A DNA stretch of 64,000 nucleotides from an uncultured Pseudomonadales bacterium (GTDB lineage Bacteria; Pseudomonadota; Gammaproteobacteria; Pseudomonadales; Azotimanducaceae), in assembly GCA_943787425.1 (NCBI GenBank), contig CALSMJ010000001.1, forward strand, positions 793,271 through 857,270, read 5' to 3'. Position numbers and translations under genes: made by a program. Below the pieces are notes generated by a model, which was given only the letters and a program-made list of their open reading frames with translations, was not told where the DNA came from and searched no databases. Below, piece by piece: positions 40,155-48,332 of the stretch. Position 1 is the stretch's first letter. Every line of letters begins with the position of its first letter.

Positions 40155-42244
40155 TGCCACCCATTGACCCCTTGCAAGACACCCTCGAGCCCACGCCTTT
40201 TGAGGCGCCAAAACAGGCAGTTGATATCAAAGCCCGACGACTCAGCCCGAGGCGCGTGGTGACCCTTTTGCTTGCCGCTTTCATTGCGATGACCGCTTGG
40301 CACCTGTTTACCGCCAAGGCCGTCTTAATCGTCTTCACGCCGCCAGCTGAATCCGAATCCGTCTCAGGTTGGTTAACCCTACCGCTGGGCGAACGCTATC
40401 TGGTCCGGCCCGGTGATCTCACAGTTGAGGCCGACGCCAAAGGCTACTACCCGATCGACGCGCGTTTAACCGTATCGTTCGATCCTGATCAGCGTTTTGC
40501 ACTGGCTTTCGAAAAACTGCCCGGGCACCTTCGCCTCACCACCGGCGATATACCCGCTGAGGTCGAGATCGATGGCGAGTCCGTTGGCACCACCCCGCTC
40601 ACGGTTTCAGATCTGAGCGCCGGCGAGCACCGCGTGTCGATCACTGCCGACTGGTATGTTCCGATCCAAACCACCGTGGAGATCCTTGGCTTGGACCAGT
40701 CTCAGGATTTGGCGTTGGCCTTGACACCAGCTTGGGGCACTGTGAGCCTATCCAGCCAACCCACCGAGGCGCGCCTTATTGCCGATGGGGAAGATCTCGG
40801 GCCGCTGCCGACAACGGTAAGATTATTAGAGGGTACGCGAACGCTTTTGATCTCAAAAGCGGGGTATCAATCTCAGCGCCTCGATTTAGCGATCAAACGT
40901 GGTACGTCCATCACGGTGCCCGAAGTCACCCTGGCACCTGCGAACGGCGCGGTGACCCTGAACAGCGCACCCGCCGGCGCTTTGGTCACAGCAAATGGGG
41001 TGTATCTAGGGGTCACCCCGCTTCAGCATTCGTTGTCCCCAAATCGCACCTATGATTTTCTAGTCAGCAAGTCTGGCTTTGAACCGGTGACCCGGTCATT
41101 GCAGCTTGCCCCCACTGAAACGGTCACGCTGAACCTAACCCTTGCGCCCCGATTGGGAACCGTAACCTTTGATATTGCTCCGAAGCAGGCATCGATTCGC
41201 ATCAACGGGGTACTGCAAAGCGCCAAAAATACCACGATGCGGCTGCCCACAACGCCCCAAACCATTGAAATCAGTCAGGACGGCTTCGCAACGATCACAC
41301 AAACCATCACCCCGGATGCTGATTTCCCCAAAACCCTGAAGATCAATCTGCTGACCCTGGCAGAAGCGGAACTGGCTCAATTCCCAGAGACGATCGAGGT
41401 CAAGGGCGGCTATCGCTTGCAGCGCATTCTACCGGCGACCATCGAACTCGGCGCGGCGCGGCGAGACCGCGGCGGACGCAGCAATGAAATACAGCGCTTG
41501 ATCACCCTCACTCAGCCTTATTACCTGGGCACCACCGAAGTCACCAATGCCCAATATCAGGCCTTTGATGCCGGCCATAATCCCGGGGTTTTAGGACGAA
41601 CCCTGCTCACAGCGCAGGAGCGACCGGTCGTTGGCGTCAGCTGGGATCAGGCAGTGGCCTTCTGCAACTGGTTGAGCGACCAAGAAGGTTTGCCGCGGGC
41701 CTATACCTCGGTTAACGGGCATTATGAGCTGATCACACCCAGAACCTTAGGGTATCGTTTGCCGACAGAAGCTGAGTGGTCTCGAGCCGGACGGTATGCC
41801 GATATTGCGGCCGGTGCGCAAGGCGACATCACCAGCCGTTCCCGCTTTGCCTGGGGTGATGATCTGCCACCGCCAAGCGATTTCGCCAATTTAGCCGATG
41901 AAACCGCAACGGGCTTCGCGCCCAATATCATCCCGAACTTTCGAGATCGCTTTCGAGGGCCAGCACCAGCAGGACATTTCAAGGCCAATGCCTTGGGCCT
42001 GTTTGATCTAACCGGCAATGTTTCTGAGTGGGTGCATGACCGATTTAGCACCAACCGCACGCCCAGCGCCGCGACCGATTGGACGGGGCCTAACGAGGGC
42101 GCTGTTCGGGTTATTCGCGGCTCGAGTTATCTGTCCGGCAGCTTTAGCACCTTGCGCTGGGCTTATCGGGATTCAGGCCTTGAAGGCCGGCAAGACGTCG
42201 GCTTCCGGCTGGCAAAAAATGCCGCCCCAGGCGCCGTCGAATGA
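40154..42244 (+). CDS. Membrane-anchored protein with ~5 PEGA repeats and a C-terminal FGE-sulfatase (SUMF1-like) domain lacking the catalytic cysteines
   Basis: TAATG overlap with the previous gene. PEGA-like units include VEIDGESVGTTPL...GEHRVSITADWY, ARLIADGEDLGPLP...ISKAGYQ and VTANGVYLGVTPL...VSKSGFEP. FGE domain: YYLGTTEVTNAQYQAF...RPVVGVSWDQAVAFCNWLS...GYRLPTEAEWSRAGR...GNVSEWVHD...VIRGSSYLSGSFSTLRWAYRD. Confidence 0.8.
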   Translation: MPPIDPLQDTLEPTPFEAPKQAVDIKARRLSPRRVVTLLLAAFIAMTAWHLFTAKAVLIVFTPPAESESVSGWLTLPLGERYLVRPGDLTVEADAKGYYPIDARLTVSFDPDQRFALAFEKLPGHLRLTTGDIPAEVEIDGESVGTTPLTVSDLSAGEHRVSITADWYVPIQTTVEILGLDQSQDLALALTPAWGTVSLSSQPTEARLIADGEDLGPLPTTVRLLEGTRTLLISKAGYQSQRLDLAIKRGTSITVPEVTLAPANGAVTLNSAPAGALVTANGVYLGVTPLQHSLSPNRTYDFLVSKSGFEPVTRSLQLAPTETVTLNLTLAPRLGTVTFDIAPKQASIRINGVLQSAKNTTMRLPTTPQTIEISQDGFATITQTITPDADFPKTLKINLLTLAEAELAQFPETIEVKGGYRLQRILPATIELGAARRDRGGRSNEIQRLITLTQPYYLGTTEVTNAQYQAFDAGHNPGVLGRTLLTAQERPVVGVSWDQAVAFCNWLSDQEGLPRAYTSVNGHYELITPRTLGYRLPTEAEWSRAGRYADIAAGAQGDITSRSRFAWGDDLPPPSDFANLADETATGFAPNIIPNFRDRFRGPAPAGHFKANALGLFDLTGNVSEWVHDRFSTNRTPSAATDWTGPNEGAVRVIRGSSYLSGSFSTLRWAYRDSGLEGRQDVGFRLAKNAAPGAVE

Positions 42245-42300
42245 TGGCGATGGCGATGCGGTCTGATAAGCTTAAATCGATTCAATGTCGAGCCTCTTGC

Positions 42301-42609
42301 ATGCGTGCCAACCTTACAATGCTGTTTGCTGTTTGCGTTCTTCTGCCGGCCCAAGTTGTCGCCGCGAGTCCAGCGACATCAAGCCCTGCCAGTGCAGCGC
42401 CCAACCCAGCGCCGGCTGCTGACCCCACTCCGCAAGCCTTAAACACAACCGCTGCGCCCAGCCAGTCCAGCGCGCTGGACGCCGCGCAACAGCCGGTGCC
42501 TGACGACGCGACGCTAACCGCGCCTGGCTTGGGCCGCGCTTTTGAGGCCTTTCAGCCCAGTGAGGCAATCAGTGCTGACAACGCCGTGCCCTTTCCAACC
42601 AATATCTAA
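42301..42609 (+). CDS. Small secreted Ala/Pro/Ser-rich protein
   Basis: Signal peptide MRANLTMLFAVCVLLPAQVVAA, then a low-complexity region. ATG at 42301 is preferred to 42241. Confidence 0.5.
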   Translation: MRANLTMLFAVCVLLPAQVVAASPATSSPASAAPNPAPAADPTPQALNTTAAPSQSSALDAAQQPVPDDATLTAPGLGRAFEAFQPSEAISADNAVPFPTNI

Positions 42610-42624
42610 GGCCTTAACCTATTC

Positions 42625-43416
42625 ATGAAACAATTTAGCTCAGATTTTATCTATCAATTGATGTCTCTCATCGTGGCGATTTTATTGGTTCACGCAATTT
42701 ACGTTGCCGTCATTCGGCCAAACGCCAATAGCCTTTTAGAAATTCAAGCCGAGCTTATCAATGCTGACCCCAGTTACGTGCCGGAGCGCAGCGCTTATAT
42801 CATTGTAAAAGACCTCGAGCAGGAGGCCTGCTTTATCTTAATGCTATGGGCCATGGCACTTATGGGCATCAAGGCACGCGACAATCATCGAGAACGGGCC
42901 CTGTTTGAAATAGACCTTTTACCCCGCAATCAATCCAACAGTATTTTGCCTGAAGATACGCGGGACTATGCTCGCCCAATAGAAGCCTTAAGCGCGGACG
43001 CGCAACAGCGCCTGTTGCCGCGCGCGTTACTGGCCGCGCTGCACCGCTTTCGCGCCACGGGCAATATTCAGGATGTTGCGCACACCATTCGTGCCACCTG
43101 CGAGAGCGAAAGCGAGCACTTGGATTCGGAACTATCAATGATTCGCTACATCGCCTGGGCAATTCCTTCGATTGGCTTTTTAGGCACCGTTCGCGGCATT
43201 GGACAAGCCCTTGGTCAAGCGCATCAAGCCGCACAAGGCGACATTGCTGGCGTCACCCAAAGCTTGGGCGTGGCCTTTAATTCGACCTTCGTCGCCCTGT
43301 TAATCAGTATTCTCATCATGTTCTTGATGCATCAATTGCAATTGGCGCAAGAGCGCACCACCCAAGATGCTGAGCAATATTGTGATAATCGCCTTTTACG
43401 TTACCTGCAGGTTTAG
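42625..43416 (+). CDS. MotA/TolQ/ExbB-family proton channel protein
   Basis: C-terminal signature region IRYIAWAIPSIGFLGTVRGIGQALG...LGVAFNSTFVALLISILIMFL matches the MotA_ExbB pattern (LGLLGTVxG ... AL.tT..GL). Additional N-terminal TM helices are present. Confidence 0.8.
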   Translation: MKQFSSDFIYQLMSLIVAILLVHAIYVAVIRPNANSLLEIQAELINADPSYVPERSAYIIVKDLEQEACFILMLWAMALMGIKARDNHRERALFEIDLLPRNQSNSILPEDTRDYARPIEALSADAQQRLLPRALLAALHRFRATGNIQDVAHTIRATCESESEHLDSELSMIRYIAWAIPSIGFLGTVRGIGQALGQAHQAAQGDIAGVTQSLGVAFNSTFVALLISILIMFLMHQLQLAQERTTQDAEQYCDNRLLRYLQV

Positions 43417-43419
43417 ACC

Positions 43420-44691
43420 GTGACCCTTGCATTTCTTGAACTCAATGATCTTGAGTTACGGCTCTGGCAAGCCGATCACGCGGTTGTCTCAGAACCCGGT
43501 TGGGCCTTGCTGACGGAGCCGCCGAAGGTTGGCCAACAGGCATTGGATCAGGCCAGACTGCAACCTCGATTGGCCAATTGTCAGTTTTGGCACACCCTCA
43601 GTACGGATCCTATGCCCGGCGCGACCCCGATCGCTCGACATCATGCGGACTTGGCCTATTTACAACTGACCGCCTTTAAACATCTCGCACCGAGCAGCGA
43701 GTTTGTTGTCAGCGTGCCCGGACATTTTGATCGAGCTGATCTGAGCTTACTGCTGGGGCTGATGGATGCTGCAAGCATCACCGTCAAAGCGCTGATTGAC
43801 CCTGGGGTACTCCTTGCCAGCAGGACCCCTAGCACGACGCCTAACCTGCTCTATCTGGATGTTGGTCTGCATGCCGTGACGATAACGGTAATTCAACAAG
43901 GCGCACAGTCGCAGCGCAGCAGCTGCCGCATCGCCCATAACGCGGGCTATCTGAACCTCATTGACCGCCTGGCCAATTATGCCGCCAGTGCGCTGGTTCG
44001 AAAATCTCGGTTTGATCCACTGCAACATGCCAGCACCGAGCAACAACTCTTTCAGCAGCTCTTGCAACCGAATCATCCCCTTGCCAGTTTGGGCCAAGGC
44101 CTGATTAGCTTGCATCATGAGGGCGTCCAATATGACGTGCAGCTGCCTGAGACCGATCTGCGCGCAGCCGCCGCGGAGCTTGTACCCGATGTTGTGAAAG
44201 CGATTCAGGCCGCCTCAAACGGCCCCGCTGAGGTTTTGTTGAGCCATCGCGCCCAGCGGCTCCCAGGACTCATCGACTCCCTATCCCTGATCCCAGGCCT
44301 TGTGACCCAGCGGCTCACGAGCGCCAGCCTGCTCGAGGCTTTTACCGCTTTGGCGCCAGAACTGACGGCCAACAGCACGCACAATCAACTCATCTACAGT
44401 TTGGCCAACCCGGCGCAAGCAACCGCGACCGCCGCTGAGCAATTAAGCACCGGCCACTCGATTACGCATATTGTGCAGCAGGGCATCGCCGTCGAGATCA
44501 AAGCCTTTTCGGAAACCACCGCAGACGACTTTGGCCTGATCCTTGACACGGTAACCGGTCAATGGCAGCTGACGCCAGGCAACCTGAGCATTGCCCTCAA
44601 TGGGCAATCCGTGACGGAACCGTGTTTGCTGAAAGCGGGCGATGCCATTTTAGCGGGTAACCAAACCTTTCTATTCATCCAGGTGCGATAA
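43420..44691 (+). CDS. Cytoplasmic protein with a degenerate Hsp70/actin-like ATPase fold and a possible FHA-like C-terminus
   Basis: GTG start 3 nt after the channel gene. [40 protein letters not shown] parallels Hsp70 [55 protein letters not shown] parallels DLGGGTFDVSI, but the phosphate-binding glycines and aspartates are lost. The C-terminus is ...[32 protein letters not shown]. Confidence 0.45.
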   Translation: [423 protein letters not shown]

Positions 44692-44696
44692 GCCGC

Positions 44697-45785
44697 GTGG
44701 CCAAACGACGCGAAACGAATATTTTCAGCCTGTCTTTTTTAGATATCATGTCGTGCGGTTTTGGCGCGGTGATCCTAGTTTACATCACCATCAATCATGG
44801 CACCCTCTCAAGCGGTATCCAGACCGATCCCGAACGATTCGCCGAGGTCAAAAAGATCGAAATCGAAATTCTTGCAGAGCAGGAAAACCAAGTCATCCTG
44901 CGCAACAGCCTTGCGCTTGTAGACGATGCGGTTCTAACAACGGAACAAAGCATCCGAGACAAACTCAAAGCCATAGAGGCCCTAACCCAGCAGTTGCTCG
45001 AAGCTCAAAGCGCGCAGAGCCTGGATACCGACGGGATTGAAGCGCTTAAAACAGCGTTGGTCAAACTCCAGGCCGAGCGCGACACCCTGACCCTCAGTGT
45101 CGCCGAGGCCGAAGGCAATGATCTGCGAGCGATGGTCGGCGAAGGCGATCGCCAGTATCTAACCGGCTTGAACTTGGGCGGCCAGCATATTTTGCTGTTA
45201 TTTGATGTGTCGGGCAGCATGCTCGATGAAACCCTTGTTAATATCATTCGAAGGCGAAATCTGCCTGAAGCCGAGCAACGCGCGTCGAAAAAATGGCAAC
45301 GCGGCTTGCGCACCGTGGATTGGATCACTGCCAATCTGCCTAGGGATGTTCAATTTCAGATTATTGCATTTTCGAGCACCGCGCGGAGCGCCCTGCCCGA
45401 GACCAATGGTGAGTGGCTTCAAACCAGCGACACCGAAACCTTGGACGCCAGTCTGGCGGCGCTACAAGCGCTCACCCCCGGCGGCGGCAGCAACCTGCAT
45501 GCGGCGTTTACCGCCGCTGCCGCCCTTGACCCACAACCGGACAATATTTTCTTGATCACGGACGGCCTACCCACTCAAGGCGCAATGCCAGTAAAAGCAG
45601 GTCTTGTCTCCGCCAAAGACCGCTTAAACCTTTTTCAAAACGCCATGAGCGTGGTCAACCTTTCAACGCCCATCAACGTCATTTTATTCCCCATGGAAGG
45701 TGACCCCATTGCCAGTCCCTCTTTTTGGCGGCTGGCACAAATGACGGGCGGCGCATTCTTGTCACCCGCAAGGGACTGGCCATGA
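44697..45785 (+). CDS. ExbD/TolR-like single-pass anchor + coiled coil + vWA (MIDAS) domain protein
   Basis: N-terminus NIFSLSFLDIMSCGFGAVILVYIT has an Asp at the start of the TM helix, as in ExbD/TolR. A ~110-aa heptad-like region follows. MIDAS residues are DVSGS, GGGSN and ITDG. Confidence 0.8.
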   Translation: MAKRRETNIFSLSFLDIMSCGFGAVILVYITINHGTLSSGIQTDPERFAEVKKIEIEILAEQENQVILRNSLALVDDAVLTTEQSIRDKLKAIEALTQQLLEAQSAQSLDTDGIEALKTALVKLQAERDTLTLSVAEAEGNDLRAMVGEGDRQYLTGLNLGGQHILLLFDVSGSMLDETLVNIIRRRNLPEAEQRASKKWQRGLRTVDWITANLPRDVQFQIIAFSSTARSALPETNGEWLQTSDTETLDASLAALQALTPGGGSNLHAAFTAAAALDPQPDNIFLITDGLPTQGAMPVKAGLVSAKDRLNLFQNAMSVVNLSTPINVILFPMEGDPIASPSFWRLAQMTGGAFLSPARDWP

Positions 45786-46783
45786 GACGCAAGCTCCGCG
45801 AAGTTGAAGGCATGAGCCTCTCTTTTTTAGATGTCATCAGCTGCGGCTTTGGCGCCTTAATACTATTGTTGGTGCTCACCAAAGTTTATGACCCAGTGGT
45901 CTTTGATCCATCGATAACCGATCTCGACGGTTATCTCAAGGAGCTCGAGGAAACCCTGGCGACGCTGAAAGGTGAGACCCGAGTGCTCAATCGAAACCTG
46001 CTGCGTCGCGAAGACCTCAAAACGGATCAAGTGGCTCAACTGACGCGCATTCAAAGTGAGCTCGCAAGCCTTGAAAGCACCAACCGCCAGACGCAATTGG
46101 AGGCCGAGGCCCAAGCGGCCATTCAAGCAAAATTGGCCGACGCCAAACAGTCCCTCACCGAAGAGATGCAGGCGCTACTCAAGGGCTATCAAAAATCAAT
46201 CGATGATACCGTGATCGGCGGGATCCCAGTGGACAGCGAATACGTCATATTCATCATCGACACCTCGGGCAGCATGTTCAGTTACGCCTGGCCCATGGTG
46301 GTACAGAAGCTGGCGGAGACCTTGGAGGTCTATCCCAATTTGAAAGGCATCCAAGTGATGAATGATATGGGCCAGTACATGTTCGCCCAGTACGCAGGCC
46401 AATGGATCCCGGACACCCCAGCTCGGCGGCAGGCGATTATTAATCGGCTGCGGGACTGGAATGTTTTCAGCAACTCAAGCCCAGTTGAAGGTATCACCAA
46501 GGCCATTGCGACCTTCTATCGACCAGGCCGAAAAATCTCACTCTATGTATTTGGCGATGAATTTACCGGGCGCTCGATTCAGCAGGTCGTCGACACGGTC
46601 GACCGAATTAATCGCCGGGACGAGCAAGGCAACCGGCTGGTCCGGATTCATGGGGTGGGCTTCCCTGTACAGTTCGCAAATCCGCCACAGTATCAGGAGA
46701 CTGGCATCAAATTCGCCATTCTAATGCGCACCTTGTGTGCAGCCAATGACGGCACCTTTGTGGCCTTAAACCGGTTTCGTTGA
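45782..46783 (+). CDS. Second ExbD/TolR-like anchor + coiled coil + vWA domain protein (paralog of the previous gene)
   Basis: ATGA overlap with the previous gene. N-terminus MSLSFLDVISCGFGALILLLVL, then a coiled-coil region. MIDAS-like DTSGS, SNSSP and FGDEF. Confidence 0.8.
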   Translation: MRRKLREVEGMSLSFLDVISCGFGALILLLVLTKVYDPVVFDPSITDLDGYLKELEETLATLKGETRVLNRNLLRREDLKTDQVAQLTRIQSELASLESTNRQTQLEAEAQAAIQAKLADAKQSLTEEMQALLKGYQKSIDDTVIGGIPVDSEYVIFIIDTSGSMFSYAWPMVVQKLAETLEVYPNLKGIQVMNDMGQYMFAQYAGQWIPDTPARRQAIINRLRDWNVFSNSSPVEGITKAIATFYRPGRKISLYVFGDEFTGRSIQQVVDTVDRINRRDEQGNRLVRIHGVGFPVQFANPPQYQETGIKFAILMRTLCAANDGTFVALNRFR

Positions 46784-46795
46784 CCACGCGCGCAA

Positions 46796-47686
46796 TCAAC
46801 CGCGCTCACCCGGCGCAACCGGCGGCGATTTCGGCTTAGACCCCGCAGGCACATCGCGCAATTGCACGGATGGCGCATCCAGCCTCGCCTCAAGCCGCTC
46901 CAAGATCGCTCGCACGTCTTGAATTTCATCGTGCAGGTTGCGCAAGGAAGAACGCTCCGGGTTATCGGTATCGGCCTTGGCCTGCTCTTCCTCAAGCACA
47001 TTCACCACAATCCCGATCACCATGTTTAAAAACGCAAAGGTGGTTAGGAAAATAAAACTGAGATAAAAGATCCAACTAAGCGGATAGAACGCCATGGTTT
47101 CGTACATGACGTCGGTCCAATCTTCGAACGTCATCACCCGAAACAGGGTCAGCATCGACACTGCAATATTGCCCCAAAGCGTTGGATTGATCTTTTCAAA
47201 GAACAAACTGCCGGTTGCGGCATAGATATAAAAAATAATAAAAATCAGCGCGGCAACATAGCCTAACCTGGGTAACGCCTGAAGCAGAGAGTTGAGTAAA
47301 ATTCGGAGTTCCGGAATGATGCTGATCATGCGCAGCACCCGAAAAACACGGATCAGTCGTGCCACCAACGCCATATCGGTGTCATCAATCGGAATCAAGC
47401 TCACCGCGACGATCAAGGTGTCAAAAATGTTCCAGCCATTTTTAAAGAAATCTCGCTTGCGCGACTCCCCCAAGAACCGCACCGAGATTTCCACAACAAA
47501 AATGAGCGTGATCAGCAGATCAAGCCCATCGATCACCAAGATCATCCATTCAGGAATCGCATAGGTCTTCACGCCGACCAACAAGGCCGACGCAATAATA
47601 ATGATGATAATGAAGGCTTCAAAGGCGCGATGACTGCGCAGGCGGTCCAGCTTTGCTTGCCAGCTGTGGGGCGATAACTCGGTCAT
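46796..47686 (-). CDS. Bacterial voltage-gated cation channel (BacNav/NaChBac-like, single 6-TM domain)
   Basis: S4 with Arg at every third position (ARLIRVFRVLRMISIIPELR). Pore helix and filter TLFRVMTFEDWTDVMYE. C-terminal coiled-coil-like tail. Confidence 0.8.
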   Translation of the reverse strand: MTELSPHSWQAKLDRLRSHRAFEAFIIIIIIASALLVGVKTYAIPEWMILVIDGLDLLITLIFVVEISVRFLGESRKRDFFKNGWNIFDTLIVAVSLIPIDDTDMALVARLIRVFRVLRMISIIPELRILLNSLLQALPRLGYVAALIFIIFYIYAATGSLFFEKINPTLWGNIAVSMLTLFRVMTFEDWTDVMYETMAFYPLSWIFYLSFIFLTTFAFLNMVIGIVVNVLEEEQAKADTDNPERSSLRNLHDEIQDVRAILERLEARLDAPSVQLRDVPAGSKPKSPPVAPGERG

Positions 47687-47948
47687 GATGGGTCTTTGGT
47701 TGGAAAAATCTTGCGGAAGCTTACAGGGTCATTTTATCGGTTTAAAGCCCGGGTTGAAGACAAGCGCGATTTAGCTGGCCGGGCAAGGATAAAACCGGAT
47801 ATCGACCCACACCCCAAGGCGGTCGCGCCCGAAATCCGACCCACCCCTCAGGCGCCTTGATTTGAAACCCAGTTGAACCGGCGGGCTGCTTTTGCAACCG
47901 GCCAGTTCAATTCGAGAACGCACGATACCCGAGGGTTGACCGATCGCT

Positions 47949-48332
47949 CTAGGACTTGTCAAAACTCCAGATCCCAGGGCCTTTGGCCGCGATGAACAAA
48001 AAGACGAAGCAATACAGCGCAGCCAACTCACCACCGTTTAACATAGGGAACACATCGCGCATGCCGTGGGCCATCCAGTACGCCACCGCCATAGTCCCGC
48101 TACAAATGAAGGCTGCCGGCCGCGTAAACAGTCCGATCATGACCAAGATGCCGCCGATCAACTCAATCCCACCGGCTGCAATCATTAGCGGACTCAAGTC
48201 ATAGGTAAACTCTTTCGGAAAATTAAGCAGTTTCTGACTGCCATGAAATATAAACAAGAATCCTGTAACGATTCTAACTAAAGCGTACGCTTGAGGCTCT
48301 TTGTCGGCCAGCATGTTATCGAATTGACTCAT
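47949..48332 (-). CDS. DoxX-family membrane protein
   Basis: 127 aa with four TM helices. YALVRIVTGFLFIFHGSQKL is typical of DoxX. Confidence 0.8.
   Translation of the reverse strand: MSQFDNMLADKEPQAYALVRIVTGFLFIFHGSQKLLNFPKEFTYDLSPLMIAAGGIELIGGILVMIGLFTRPAAFICSGTMAVAYWMAHGMRDVFPMLNGGELAALYCFVFLFIAAKGPGIWSFDKS

Noticed and set aside
40154-42244. FGE-domain protein acting as the maturase of the Cys-type sulfatase at 4604-6139
   Set aside because: The region that carries the catalytic cysteine pair in true FGEs contains no cysteine here. The gene is 34 kb away and embedded in an unrelated operon.
30320-46783. Genomic island or prophage origin for the unusual region
   Set aside because: I saw no integrase, transposase, tRNA attachment site or flanking direct repeats, and no obvious change in base composition by eye. 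I treat it as native chromosome until composition statistics say otherwise.
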